A DNA stretch of 64,000 nucleotides, taken from contig JAVZLS010000001.1 of NCBI GenBank assembly GCA_038883715.1, positions 74,430 to 138,429 on the forward strand, given 5' to 3'. Source of the DNA: Candidatus Bathyarchaeia archaeon (GTDB lineage Archaea > Thermoproteota > Bathyarchaeia > Bathyarchaeales > Bathycorpusculaceae). Position numbers and translations under genes: made by a program. The notes under the pieces were generated by a model. It searched no databases, was not told where the DNA came from, and worked only from the letters and a program-made list of their open reading frames with translations. This document shows, one piece after another, positions 28,472 through 36,450 of the stretch (position 1 is the stretch's first letter; every line of letters starts with the position of its first letter).

Positions 28472-29248
28472 TTGGTTTTCGTTTACAGCGGCGAATTTGC
28501 AGAGCGCGTGATAAGGAATCTTATAAATGACCCTAGTTTCTGCAAGTCTTGCGGCTTGTACTGCGACTCTTGTAAGTATGGCGTTTACAGTTATGTGCGG
28601 AACATCCGCGCCGCTATAGAGCTTCCGAAGCCCTCGGATTTGCCAGCCTTCATAGATAAGCCAGAAGAATACATGCCCAGGAGTGTTCCGAGGGCAGATT
28701 TGTGTGTGGCTTCCGGCTTGCACAAGGACCTGCTTTTGGAACTGCCAACTCACATTACGAAGGCTGGTGTTAAATGCTTAATTGTGCCCGTTGAAGATTT
28801 TAACGAGGTTCCATCAGGTTTGAGGAAGCAGTTGGAAGAGCGCTGTCTTGAGCTTGGCTTGGAGTGTACTTTTCCAAAGCCCTTCTGTTCGCTAGAGCCA
28901 TCTAAGGATAAGCCTTTCATCTCTCGCTTTATAGAGGAGTTGGGTGTTGGGCGTCCAAAACTTGAGATTTCCACTGCAAGGCGAGGTGGACGTGAGGTTG
29001 TGGAGACAGCTATTGTTAGGCGGAGTGCTCCATGCGGCTCAACATGGTATGTGGCGCGAAAGCTCATAGGCGTTGAAACAAAACGAGAAATCTTATACGA
29101 TGCAATTGCGAAGGCTCATCATAGCTATCCATGCACGGCGACAATGAACGTTGACCCAGAGGTTAAGGAGCCAATTCTCCACATAGGCGGCTACATAATA
29201 AGGGAGGAAGTAGAAAAAGCACTGGAAAAGGCTGGATGTACGACTTAA
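28472..29248 (+). CDS. DUF166 family protein
   Basis: FIDKPEEY, LHKDL, PKPFCSL, RSAPCGSTWYVA, HHSYPCTATM; extra N-terminal CxxCxxxCxxC. Start may lie a few codons upstream. Confidence 0.8.
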   Translation: MVFVYSGEFAERVIRNLINDPSFCKSCGLYCDSCKYGVYSYVRNIRAAIELPKPSDLPAFIDKPEEYMPRSVPRADLCVASGLHKDLLLELPTHITKAGVKCLIVPVEDFNEVPSGLRKQLEERCLELGLECTFPKPFCSLEPSKDKPFISRFIEELGVGRPKLEISTARRGGREVVETAIVRRSAPCGSTWYVARKLIGVETKREILYDAIAKAHHSYPCTATMNVDPEVKEPILHIGGYIIREEVEKALEKAGCTT

Positions 29249-29640
29249 CTTTTCTCTAAACGCTCGATAAGGTCTAGGACTTTGGCTTTTATGGCATCTC
29301 GAATTTTTCTGGCATCATCCAGTGACATTTTTGCGGGGTCTGGCATGTCCCATTCTTCAACATGCTTTGTGTAAACCACTGGGCAGAGGGAGCCACTGCA
29401 GACGATTATGGCTACTTCAGCTTTTTCTTGAAGCGCTCTGGTCATGACTTGGGGTTTTTTGCGGCTTATGTCTATGCCCTCTTCAAGCATAAGTCTGACA
29501 GCGTTTGGATGAACCCTTTCAGCTGGTTTTAAGCCGGCGCTTGTGGCTTTCCAGCCACTTGGCGAGTACTTGTTGAAGTAGGCTTCGGCGATTTGGCTTC
29601 TGAAGCTGTTTTCAACACATACGAATAGGACAGTTTTCAT
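29245..29640 (-). CDS. arsC: Arsenate reductase, LMW-PTP family
   Basis: CVENSFRSQIAE P-loop, SAG, C..LCP redox cysteines, WDMPDP. Confidence 0.85.
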   Translation of the reverse strand: MKTVLFVCVENSFRSQIAEAYFNKYSPSGWKATSAGLKPAERVHPNAVRLMLEEGIDISRKKPQVMTRALQEKAEVAIIVCSGSLCPVVYTKHVEEWDMPDPAKMSLDDARKIRDAIKAKVLDLIERLEKS

Positions 29641-29642
29641 TT

Positions 29643-30878
29643 TTAGCCTTTCCAGTCTAGGAGCCGCTTTTCGCCCTCAATCTTTTTTATGTCTGTTATG
29701 TCTTGGGAAACTTCCATCGTTCCCAAATATTTGCCGTCCTTGTCTCTAACCGCGAAGTATCTTATGTGGATTAGGCGGCCTTCCTTTTGTATCCAGAATT
29801 CCGCCACGTCTTTTTCGCCCCTTCTGAAGGCTTCTAGGATTCTGTTAACCACGTGGACGCTTTTCTGCGGGTGGCAAAGCTGAACCTTTCTGCCCAAGAT
29901 AGCCTTCGTCCTCACGAATATGCGTTTGTCGGGCTTGCTGAAGTATTTGACAGCGTCATCCTTATCCACGAAGGTTATGTCCACTGGCAGCGTGTTCAAA
30001 ATAGCCTCAATCTCCTCTTTCGTTAAAGAGCCTGTTTCAAATTGTATTGTGCCTTCTGGCATAGGTTTCTCCTCGGCTGCTGGTTTTTCAAGAGTTTTGG
30101 CTGGTTTGGCTATTAAGTGTTCCGGGGTGAAGCAGCAATATCCAATTTCGTCAAAATCCGCCCTTATAGTGGACCATTCTTGCTCTGTGACAACGCGCTG
30201 GGCTGCCGGAAACAGAATGTTGTTCTCCTTGTAAATGTGGCTGTTAAGCATATCGCCCACAGCCTTTGCTAGTTCGCCAAGCTGCCTCTTAAAATCTGAA
30301 AAGTTCATTTTTGCGGCGTTCTCGATTAAGGCTTTGAGCTGATTCTTCTTTTCTCTAAGCTGGTTGTGCTCCATCCACATTATTGCAGGGGGCTCACTTA
30401 TACCATGCCTTTCCAAGACTGGGAATAGCGCGTTTTCCTCCCTCAAATAGTGCTTTTCAGCGTCTAAAAGCTCATCCGCCACATGCCTCAGCTGTGACAG
30501 TTCTCCAGCCACCGCATCTGGGCTTTCGGCTTTTTGCACTTTTTCAACCAAGACGTTAAGCTTCTCGGCTATTTGCTGAATCATTTTATGCTCTTCTAAA
30601 AGTATGCCAATGGGACTGGTTGGGGCAACCTCAACCTTCTGTTTTTCCAACTGCTCCCTAAAAATCGCCAAGTGAACATCGCAAAGTCTCTGAAGCTCCT
30701 CTCTTGATACACCTTCGCTTACGAGTTCCTGTTCAATTTTAGCTATTTCAAGCGAGCTCACGCCCTCAAGAAACTGTCTAAAACGCTCCTTAACCTGTTC
30801 GGGTGGGACGCCAGCATGCAACTGCCTTAAAATTTCTTTTAAAACCTTCTTCCGCTCTTCTTCTGTCACTTCACCCAT
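29643..30878 (-). CDS. DUF438 + hemerythrin + PAS_10 domain protein
   Basis: IAKIEQEL..LCDVH (DUF438), EEH..KHYLREENALFP..MWMEH..HIYKENNILFP (hemerythrin), LPVDITFVD..CHPQKS..EFWI (PAS_10). Confidence 0.92.
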   Translation of the reverse strand: MGEVTEEERKKVLKEILRQLHAGVPPEQVKERFRQFLEGVSSLEIAKIEQELVSEGVSREELQRLCDVHLAIFREQLEKQKVEVAPTSPIGILLEEHKMIQQIAEKLNVLVEKVQKAESPDAVAGELSQLRHVADELLDAEKHYLREENALFPVLERHGISEPPAIMWMEHNQLREKKNQLKALIENAAKMNFSDFKRQLGELAKAVGDMLNSHIYKENNILFPAAQRVVTEQEWSTIRADFDEIGYCCFTPEHLIAKPAKTLEKPAAEEKPMPEGTIQFETGSLTKEEIEAILNTLPVDITFVDKDDAVKYFSKPDKRIFVRTKAILGRKVQLCHPQKSVHVVNRILEAFRRGEKDVAEFWIQKEGRLIHIRYFAVRDKDGKYLGTMEVSQDITDIKKIEGEKRLLDWKG

Positions 30879-30879
30879 T

Positions 30880-32070
30880 TTAGGTGCCTCCTTCTAAAAT
30901 TTTCTTGGCTAATGCTTTCCCAAGCTCCACTATGCGCTTCATGCTCTCGTCTGTTGGCGGTCCATTAATTTCTAGCGCACCGATAACCTCGATTTTAAAG
31001 TCGCCGAGTATTTCTTGAATTTGTCGTATTGCGCCTCCACCCCAACCATAAGAGCTTAAGACAACAGCGAATTTTGTTGGTGGACGCAAAGCCTTGAAAA
31101 GGTATGTGGCATAAACAGCCAATGGATGGGCTCCGCCCAAAACTGTTGGTGCACCAAGCACTATGGCTCTTGAATTCACAAGGTCTTTGGCTAAATCGCC
31201 AACATCAGTTATTGCTAAGTTGTGGAAGGCTAATTCGATGCCTTCCGATGCTAGTGTTTCAGCCATCTGCTTAACCATGGCGTCTGTGCTGTTCCACATG
31301 CTTACATAGGCTATTGTCGCCTTTGCTCGCGTTTCGCCAGCCGCCCAACGCTTATACGCGTTTAAAATAAGCTCTGGCTTTCTATGGATGGGACCATGGC
31401 TAGGCGCTATCATTCTAATTTTTAGGTTGGCAATTTTTTCTAGGGCTTTCTGTGCCATAGCTCTGAAAGGCATCATTATTTCGCCCCAATAACGCTGGGC
31501 GTGGACAAGCAAGTCCTCAATTTCGTCACTGTAGACGCCTCCAGCCATGTGGGCGCCGAAAAAGTCACATGGGAAAAGTATTCCATCTTCTTCCAAGTAT
31601 GTGAGCATTGTTTCTGGCCAATGGAGCATAGGTGCCTCAATAAAGCGCAGAGTTTTGTCGCCTAGACTTATGGCCTCATTGTCAGCTACAACCTTAATTC
31701 GCTCTTGTGGAACGTGATAATAAACTTGAGCCATTTTTGCGCCTCTGCCAGTAGCCACCAGTTTAGCTTTCGATGCGATTTTCATTATGTGGGGTATGGC
31801 GCCAGCGTGGTCCGGCTCTGCATGATTCATAACAATATAGTCGATTTCTTCAGGTTTTGTGAGACTGCGGATTTTGTCTTCTAAATCCTTTTCGAAGCCC
31901 GGATTTACAGTGTCTATTAGGGCTTTTCCACTTTTGCCGATGATGAGGTAAGCGTTATATGATGTGCCTTTTGGAAGCGGAATTAATGCGTCGAAGATTC
32001 TGCGGTTCCAGTCTCTTATGCCGACCCAGTAAACATTTTCTACTATTTTCAGAACGTTTCTTTCAGTCAC
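30880..32070 (-). CDS. fprA: Flavodiiron protein FprA (O2/NO reductase)
   Basis: GTSYNAYL, NHAEPDH, LHWPET, CDFFGAH, PSHG; flavodoxin domain YVSMWNST, SYGWGGGA. Confidence 0.94.
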   Translation of the reverse strand: MTERNVLKIVENVYWVGIRDWNRRIFDALIPLPKGTSYNAYLIIGKSGKALIDTVNPGFEKDLEDKIRSLTKPEEIDYIVMNHAEPDHAGAIPHIMKIASKAKLVATGRGAKMAQVYYHVPQERIKVVADNEAISLGDKTLRFIEAPMLHWPETMLTYLEEDGILFPCDFFGAHMAGGVYSDEIEDLLVHAQRYWGEIMMPFRAMAQKALEKIANLKIRMIAPSHGPIHRKPELILNAYKRWAAGETRAKATIAYVSMWNSTDAMVKQMAETLASEGIELAFHNLAITDVGDLAKDLVNSRAIVLGAPTVLGGAHPLAVYATYLFKALRPPTKFAVVLSSYGWGGGAIRQIQEILGDFKIEVIGALEINGPPTDESMKRIVELGKALAKKILEGGT

Positions 32071-32080
32071 ACGCGTTCAC

Positions 32081-32102
32081 CTTTATTACAATTGTAATAA
32101 AG
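32081..32102. promoter_or_regulatory. Perfect 22-bp palindrome, putative operator in the fprA/HTH divergent promoter
   Basis: CTTTATTACAATTGTAATAAAG is its own reverse complement and abuts the fprA RBS and an AT-rich TATA-like tract. Confidence 0.7.
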
Positions 32103-32149
32103 TATATTTATGCCTTTCCCCACAATAATACAAGGGGGAATGAAAAGAA

Positions 32150-32557
32150 ATGCTACTGCCATGCGAGGTCGCCGTGAAAAGCCTACTCCCACCAGTAAGG
32201 GCAGCACTAGCCAAACAACTAATGACAAAACACAACCTAAAACAGATGGAGACAGCAAAACTGCTGGGCGTAAGCCAACCAGCCATAAGCCTTTACAACA
32301 AAAAAATGCGGGGAAAAGCCCTAGACCTGGAAAAAGACAAAGAAATTAAAAGGCTAATTGAAGAGTTGGCGGATTCCCTGGCAAAGGAGGGCTTATCCCA
32401 CAGAGATTTTACACTAAAGTTTTGTGAAATCTGCAAAGTTGCTCGTGCAAAAGGTTTGTTGTGCAATATGCATAAGGCTTTAGACCCAACATTTGAAACT
32501 GAAAAATGCGGATTATGCATGTCTACAGAACTAAAATGTATAACTCAAAACCCTTAA
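32150..32557 (+). CDS. HTH transcriptional regulator with Cys/His-rich C-terminus
   Basis: MLLPCE..., QMETAKLLGVSQPAISLY (HTH), FCEIC..LC.MH..CGLC. Confidence 0.85.
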   Translation: MLLPCEVAVKSLLPPVRAALAKQLMTKHNLKQMETAKLLGVSQPAISLYNKKMRGKALDLEKDKEIKRLIEELADSLAKEGLSHRDFTLKFCEICKVARAKGLLCNMHKALDPTFETEKCGLCMSTELKCITQNP

Positions 32558-32595
32558 ATACTAAAGAGCACTAAAATGCAGACAAGTCCACGGAA

Positions 32596-32952
32596 ATGAC
32601 AGTAAAAGAAGCGCTCAAGAATTTTTCCAAGCTCTACTTAATTACTTTAGCCGTTACCTTGATAATCTTAACCTCCGGAGCGCTGATCTACGCCGCCATA
32701 ATGAATAAACCCCTCTCAGGGACTATTCGTGGAGCTTTGATTATCGGGGCGCTTGTTCTGATAGGCATAGGCTTTGTGAGTTTGCTCCCATTTTCGGAAT
32801 ATAGGTACATAAGAGGTGGCGCTTTAAACCCCGCTATCGCTAGGGAAGGAATGAGGCATATAAGGGCTGGAAGAGACCCCAAAAGGATGGGAATAATACT
32901 GGGATTTGTTGGCTTCACCCTTCTCCTGATATACTTCGCCATCTTTCAGTAA
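32596..32952 (+). CDS. Hypothetical membrane protein (3 TM)
   Basis: Three hydrophobic segments in 118 aa; TTAAATA upstream. Confidence 0.65.
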   Translation: MTVKEALKNFSKLYLITLAVTLIILTSGALIYAAIMNKPLSGTIRGALIIGALVLIGIGFVSLLPFSEYRYIRGGALNPAIAREGMRHIRAGRDPKRMGIILGFVGFTLLLIYFAIFQ

Positions 32953-32958
32953 AATCGC

Positions 32959-33837
32959 TTATTCTGCTAGGAACTTTATGATTTTCTCGTAAACATCCTT
33001 GTTCCTTAAGTCCTCATGCCCCTTGTATATGCTTGGGTTGTCGTTGACCTCAACAACTACGTAATCGCCGTTAACCTCCTTGATGTCGACGCCGTAAAGC
33101 CCCTTCCCAACGACGCTGCAGGCTTTTAGGGCTATTTCCTTGAGTTTTTGAGGCGCATTGTCACGTTTCAGAGTAACTGTTCTGCCCCATATGAAGCTTG
33201 GTTTTCCACGGCGCTTTACGCCGTGTTTCCATTTGCCCTTCGGCATCATATACTTGCAAACGTACAGGACTTCGCCGTTTAGGACACCCACACGCCAGTC
33301 AAAGCGGGAAGGCATAAACTTCTGCACAACAATGTAGTCTGACCGCCTAAAGAAGCGCTTTGCAACCTCTCGAAAACTTGTTTCGCATGAAACTTTCTCC
33401 ACATACTTCGAAAAACTAGTGTAAGGTGCCTTAATAACCACTGGTTTTCCAAAAAGCTCAAAGATTTCCTCTATCTGCCTATGATGAAACTCATCTTTGT
33501 TCAAAAACAATGTTGGAATGCGTGGCACATTATACTTTTCGAAGAGCCGGTACTGGTGGATTTTGTTGGCGCAAATCCTAATCGAAATTGGGTCGTCAAC
33601 AACTTTTAAGCCAAGTTCCCAAGCCGTTTTTGAGACTATGTAGGCTGTGTAAAGCGGGTCGGTGGTCGCCCTAATGAAAACCGCGTCATACTTTGGGATT
33701 TCAGAAAGCCCGCTTCTAAATAAGAAGTTGAACGAGTGCCCCATCTGCTCAGCTGTTTGCTTAAAGGTTTGGAGAGCCTCAGCTTCGTCAGAATATGTGA
33801 AATTGTATTTTTCAACAAAACATGCTATCCGCGTCAA
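32959..33837 (-). CDS. RimK-family ATP-grasp ligase
   Basis: DAVFIRATT, CANKI, PVVIKAPYTSFS..VEK, VQKFMPSRFDWRVGVL, GLYGVDIKE, VEVNDNP. Confidence 0.9.
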   Translation of the reverse strand: MTRIACFVEKYNFTYSDEAEALQTFKQTAEQMGHSFNFLFRSGLSEIPKYDAVFIRATTDPLYTAYIVSKTAWELGLKVVDDPISIRICANKIHQYRLFEKYNVPRIPTLFLNKDEFHHRQIEEIFELFGKPVVIKAPYTSFSKYVEKVSCETSFREVAKRFFRRSDYIVVQKFMPSRFDWRVGVLNGEVLYVCKYMMPKGKWKHGVKRRGKPSFIWGRTVTLKRDNAPQKLKEIALKACSVVGKGLYGVDIKEVNGDYVVVEVNDNPSIYKGHEDLRNKDVYEKIIKFLAE

Positions 33838-34592
33838 TCAAACCATCCTTTCCCGGAAACCCGGGAAACAATTTTAGAAATCATATCAACGTCTAAAGGC
33901 GTAATTTCCTCCATCTTTAAGGGTTGAAGCCCACAAAGGTAGGTTTTCCCATTGAAACGTTGAATATGCAATTTGCATACTGGAATTTTGAAGGTTTCAT
34001 AGACTTTTTTGGCTATTTCCCGTACATTGCTATCTTCATGGACGCATTCGCCGAAGAAGGATTTAACGGAAACTATTTCGCCACGTAGTGGTTGGGCGCA
34101 AACGGCATAACGGTAGTTCATGCCCAAACTTTTGACGGCTCTATATAGAGCGGTTCTGTTTTTGGCTATTTTGAAACCGTTAAACGAGAAGGGATTGACT
34201 GCGAAAACAACGACTGGAAAGCTGAACTCAGCCATTATCTGCTTAACAGAGTCCGTAACAAGATATGGCATTACTGGCGTCCCGTTTTTGGAAGCTCTAA
34301 CCAGCAGAACCGGCAGCCTATAAGCGTCTATGGCGTTTTCCGTTGTTGGGACAACATCGTTTCCAAGGATTTCAGCGTGAAGCGAAATATAATAGCCTGT
34401 TTTCATGTATCTGTAGTCGTTGTTTATATTGAGAATGAAATCTCTAACAGAAGACTTGAGGAAGGCTGATGGTTTTATTATGGGCGCGTTTGTTCTTAGG
34501 TCGATGTTTGAGACGACCAGCACGCAAGAGGCACCAGACAACAGAAAACAGCTAACACCGTCCAGATATTTAAAATTAACTATGCTAATCAA
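33834..34592 (-). CDS. RLAN (RimK-like ATP-grasp N-terminal) domain protein with degenerate ATP-grasp-like C-terminus
   Basis: ILNINNDYRYMKTGYYISLHAEILGNDVVPT RLAN signature; overlaps the RimK gene start. True start may be GTG 34523. Confidence 0.75.
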   Translation of the reverse strand: MISIVNFKYLDGVSCFLLSGASCVLVVSNIDLRTNAPIIKPSAFLKSSVRDFILNINNDYRYMKTGYYISLHAEILGNDVVPTTENAIDAYRLPVLLVRASKNGTPVMPYLVTDSVKQIMAEFSFPVVVFAVNPFSFNGFKIAKNRTALYRAVKSLGMNYRYAVCAQPLRGEIVSVKSFFGECVHEDSNVREIAKKVYETFKIPVCKLHIQRFNGKTYLCGLQPLKMEEITPLDVDMISKIVSRVSGKGWFD

Positions 34593-34637
34593 CTCTATTC
34601 TCGGCGGAGAAACGCTATAAGCTTATATTTTGGCTGT

Positions 34638-35858
34638 TTGAGATTCTCATTTAAAGAGGCAGTCTGTACGTATAGAACCTTAGAGGTTCTCGGACCGGAA
34701 CACGAGTTCTCGCTTGTTAACGAAAATTTGAGGGCTTTGCCAATAGTTGACAAGGTCATAAAGGATGTTTATGGGCGAGTTGTAAACTTTGTGGAGTTTG
34801 GCAAATTCACCTTTGGAAAAGAATTGCAGCTTCACGTTGTTGAGGTTAAGCCTAACAAGCCCTTCAAGTCGCCAAAAACCTTTGAAGAGAATATGCATGA
34901 GGCTGTTTTAAGGCTTGGTGAAATGCTTGAACGCCGTTATGGTGTAAGGCTTTTAGGCACTGGAATGCATCCAACATTGAGGCTTGAGGAAACAGCCGTT
35001 TGGCCGCATCGCCACAAGCAGATTTACGAGGCTTTCAGCCGAATCTTCAACCTTAAACAGCATGGGTGGCTTAACATTCAAAGCTTCCAACTTAACATTC
35101 CATATGCCAATGAAGCCAAAGCCGTTCAAATGCATAACCTGCTCGCCAACATCTGCGCCTACCTTCCAGCTGTTTCGGCTTCCTCCCCCATCTTTGAGGG
35201 ACACTTTGGCGATTACGTGGATAATAGGCTTCTTTTTTATATGGAAAACCAGAAGGAAATTCCATCAGTAACCGGAAAAGTCGTCCCCGAATATGTTCAG
35301 TCCTTTAGGCAGTATAGGCAGGAAATTATTGGGCGTTATTCGGCTGATTTAGCCAAAATTGGAGCCCACAATTGCATCCTCAACAAGGAATGGGTTAACT
35401 CAAGGGGCATAATCTTCCGCTTTGAAAGGAAAGCTCTAGAAATAAGGGTCATGGACGAACAGGAATGCATAAAATCCGACGTGGCTCTAAGCTGCTTTAT
35501 AAGGGCGCTGCTTAGAGGCTTGATGAAAATGGATGAGCCTTTAATGCCGACGGAAGTTTTGGCTGAAGACTTCAAGTCCGTCATAAAATATGGCTTAGAG
35601 GCGAAAGTGCTCCATTCCAATGGGCCAACAGCTAGACATGTGTGCAGACACTTTTTAAAAGTCGCTTGGAAAAACGCCACATCCGAAGAGAAGGAATATC
35701 TCCCCTTAATAGAGAAGCGTGTTGAACACGGCAACCTTTCAGATGTCATCAGAGAGAAAGTCAAAGTTAGGGCGCAGAAGACGGATATGCATGAGGCAAT
35801 TATAGACGTTTACTCGAAACTTTTAAACAGCTTGGAGGCTAATGAGCCCCTATTTTAA
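34638..35858 (+). CDS. Glutamate-cysteine ligase family 2 (GCS2) carboxylate-amine ligase
   Basis: GPEHEFSLV, KELQLHVVE, GTGMHP, HGWLNIQSFQLN, ASSP, WVNSRGIIFRF..LEIRVMDEQE. Confidence 0.88.
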   Translation: MRFSFKEAVCTYRTLEVLGPEHEFSLVNENLRALPIVDKVIKDVYGRVVNFVEFGKFTFGKELQLHVVEVKPNKPFKSPKTFEENMHEAVLRLGEMLERRYGVRLLGTGMHPTLRLEETAVWPHRHKQIYEAFSRIFNLKQHGWLNIQSFQLNIPYANEAKAVQMHNLLANICAYLPAVSASSPIFEGHFGDYVDNRLLFYMENQKEIPSVTGKVVPEYVQSFRQYRQEIIGRYSADLAKIGAHNCILNKEWVNSRGIIFRFERKALEIRVMDEQECIKSDVALSCFIRALLRGLMKMDEPLMPTEVLAEDFKSVIKYGLEAKVLHSNGPTARHVCRHFLKVAWKNATSEEKEYLPLIEKRVEHGNLSDVIREKVKVRAQKTDMHEAIIDVYSKLLNSLEANEPLF

Positions 35859-35864
35859 TAGAGG

Positions 35865-36407
35865 TTGGAAGCGCGTATGCAAGCTGAAGGTGAACGCCAG
35901 AAAAACTTCTTTAACATTTGCGGCACTTGCAAGATTAACTGTTGCTGGGATGCTAGACCGCCAATAACCGAAAAGCGTGAAAAAATTATTCTAGAATACT
36001 TGAAGGCGCATGGCATTCATATTGAAAATCCTTTCGTGCATGCTGAATATACTTTTCCGAGGGAAGACGAAGGCGGATACTGCATATTTTATGATAAGGT
36101 GACAAGGAAATGCGTTGTGCATCCAGTAAAGCCAGAAACATGCGTCGCAGGACCCATAACCTTCGACATAAACAAGGCGACTGGCAAAATTGAGTGGTAC
36201 TTAAAGATGGAGAAAATCTGTCCCCTCGCTGGAATAATTTACAAGGATAAAGCTCTCCTCAAGAAACATTTCAAAGCTGCTAGAAGGGAGATTCTGCAGC
36301 TTATAAGAGAGCTGACGCCAAAGGCTTTGAGGACCATATTGAAGCGGGAAGAACCAGACACGTTCAAAATAGGCGAAGAAGAGATAGGAAGGAAAATCTT
36401 TAGATAA
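35865..36407 (+). CDS. YkgJ-family cysteine cluster protein
   Basis: CGTCKINCC, YCIFYD, KCVVHPVKPETCVAGP, CPL. Confidence 0.85.
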   Translation: MEARMQAEGERQKNFFNICGTCKINCCWDARPPITEKREKIILEYLKAHGIHIENPFVHAEYTFPREDEGGYCIFYDKVTRKCVVHPVKPETCVAGPITFDINKATGKIEWYLKMEKICPLAGIIYKDKALLKKHFKAARREILQLIRELTPKALRTILKREEPDTFKIGEEEIGRKIFR

Positions 36408-36450
36408 ACTGTAGACTAGCGTGCTACAGAGAAACGCCGATTCTAGCGTT

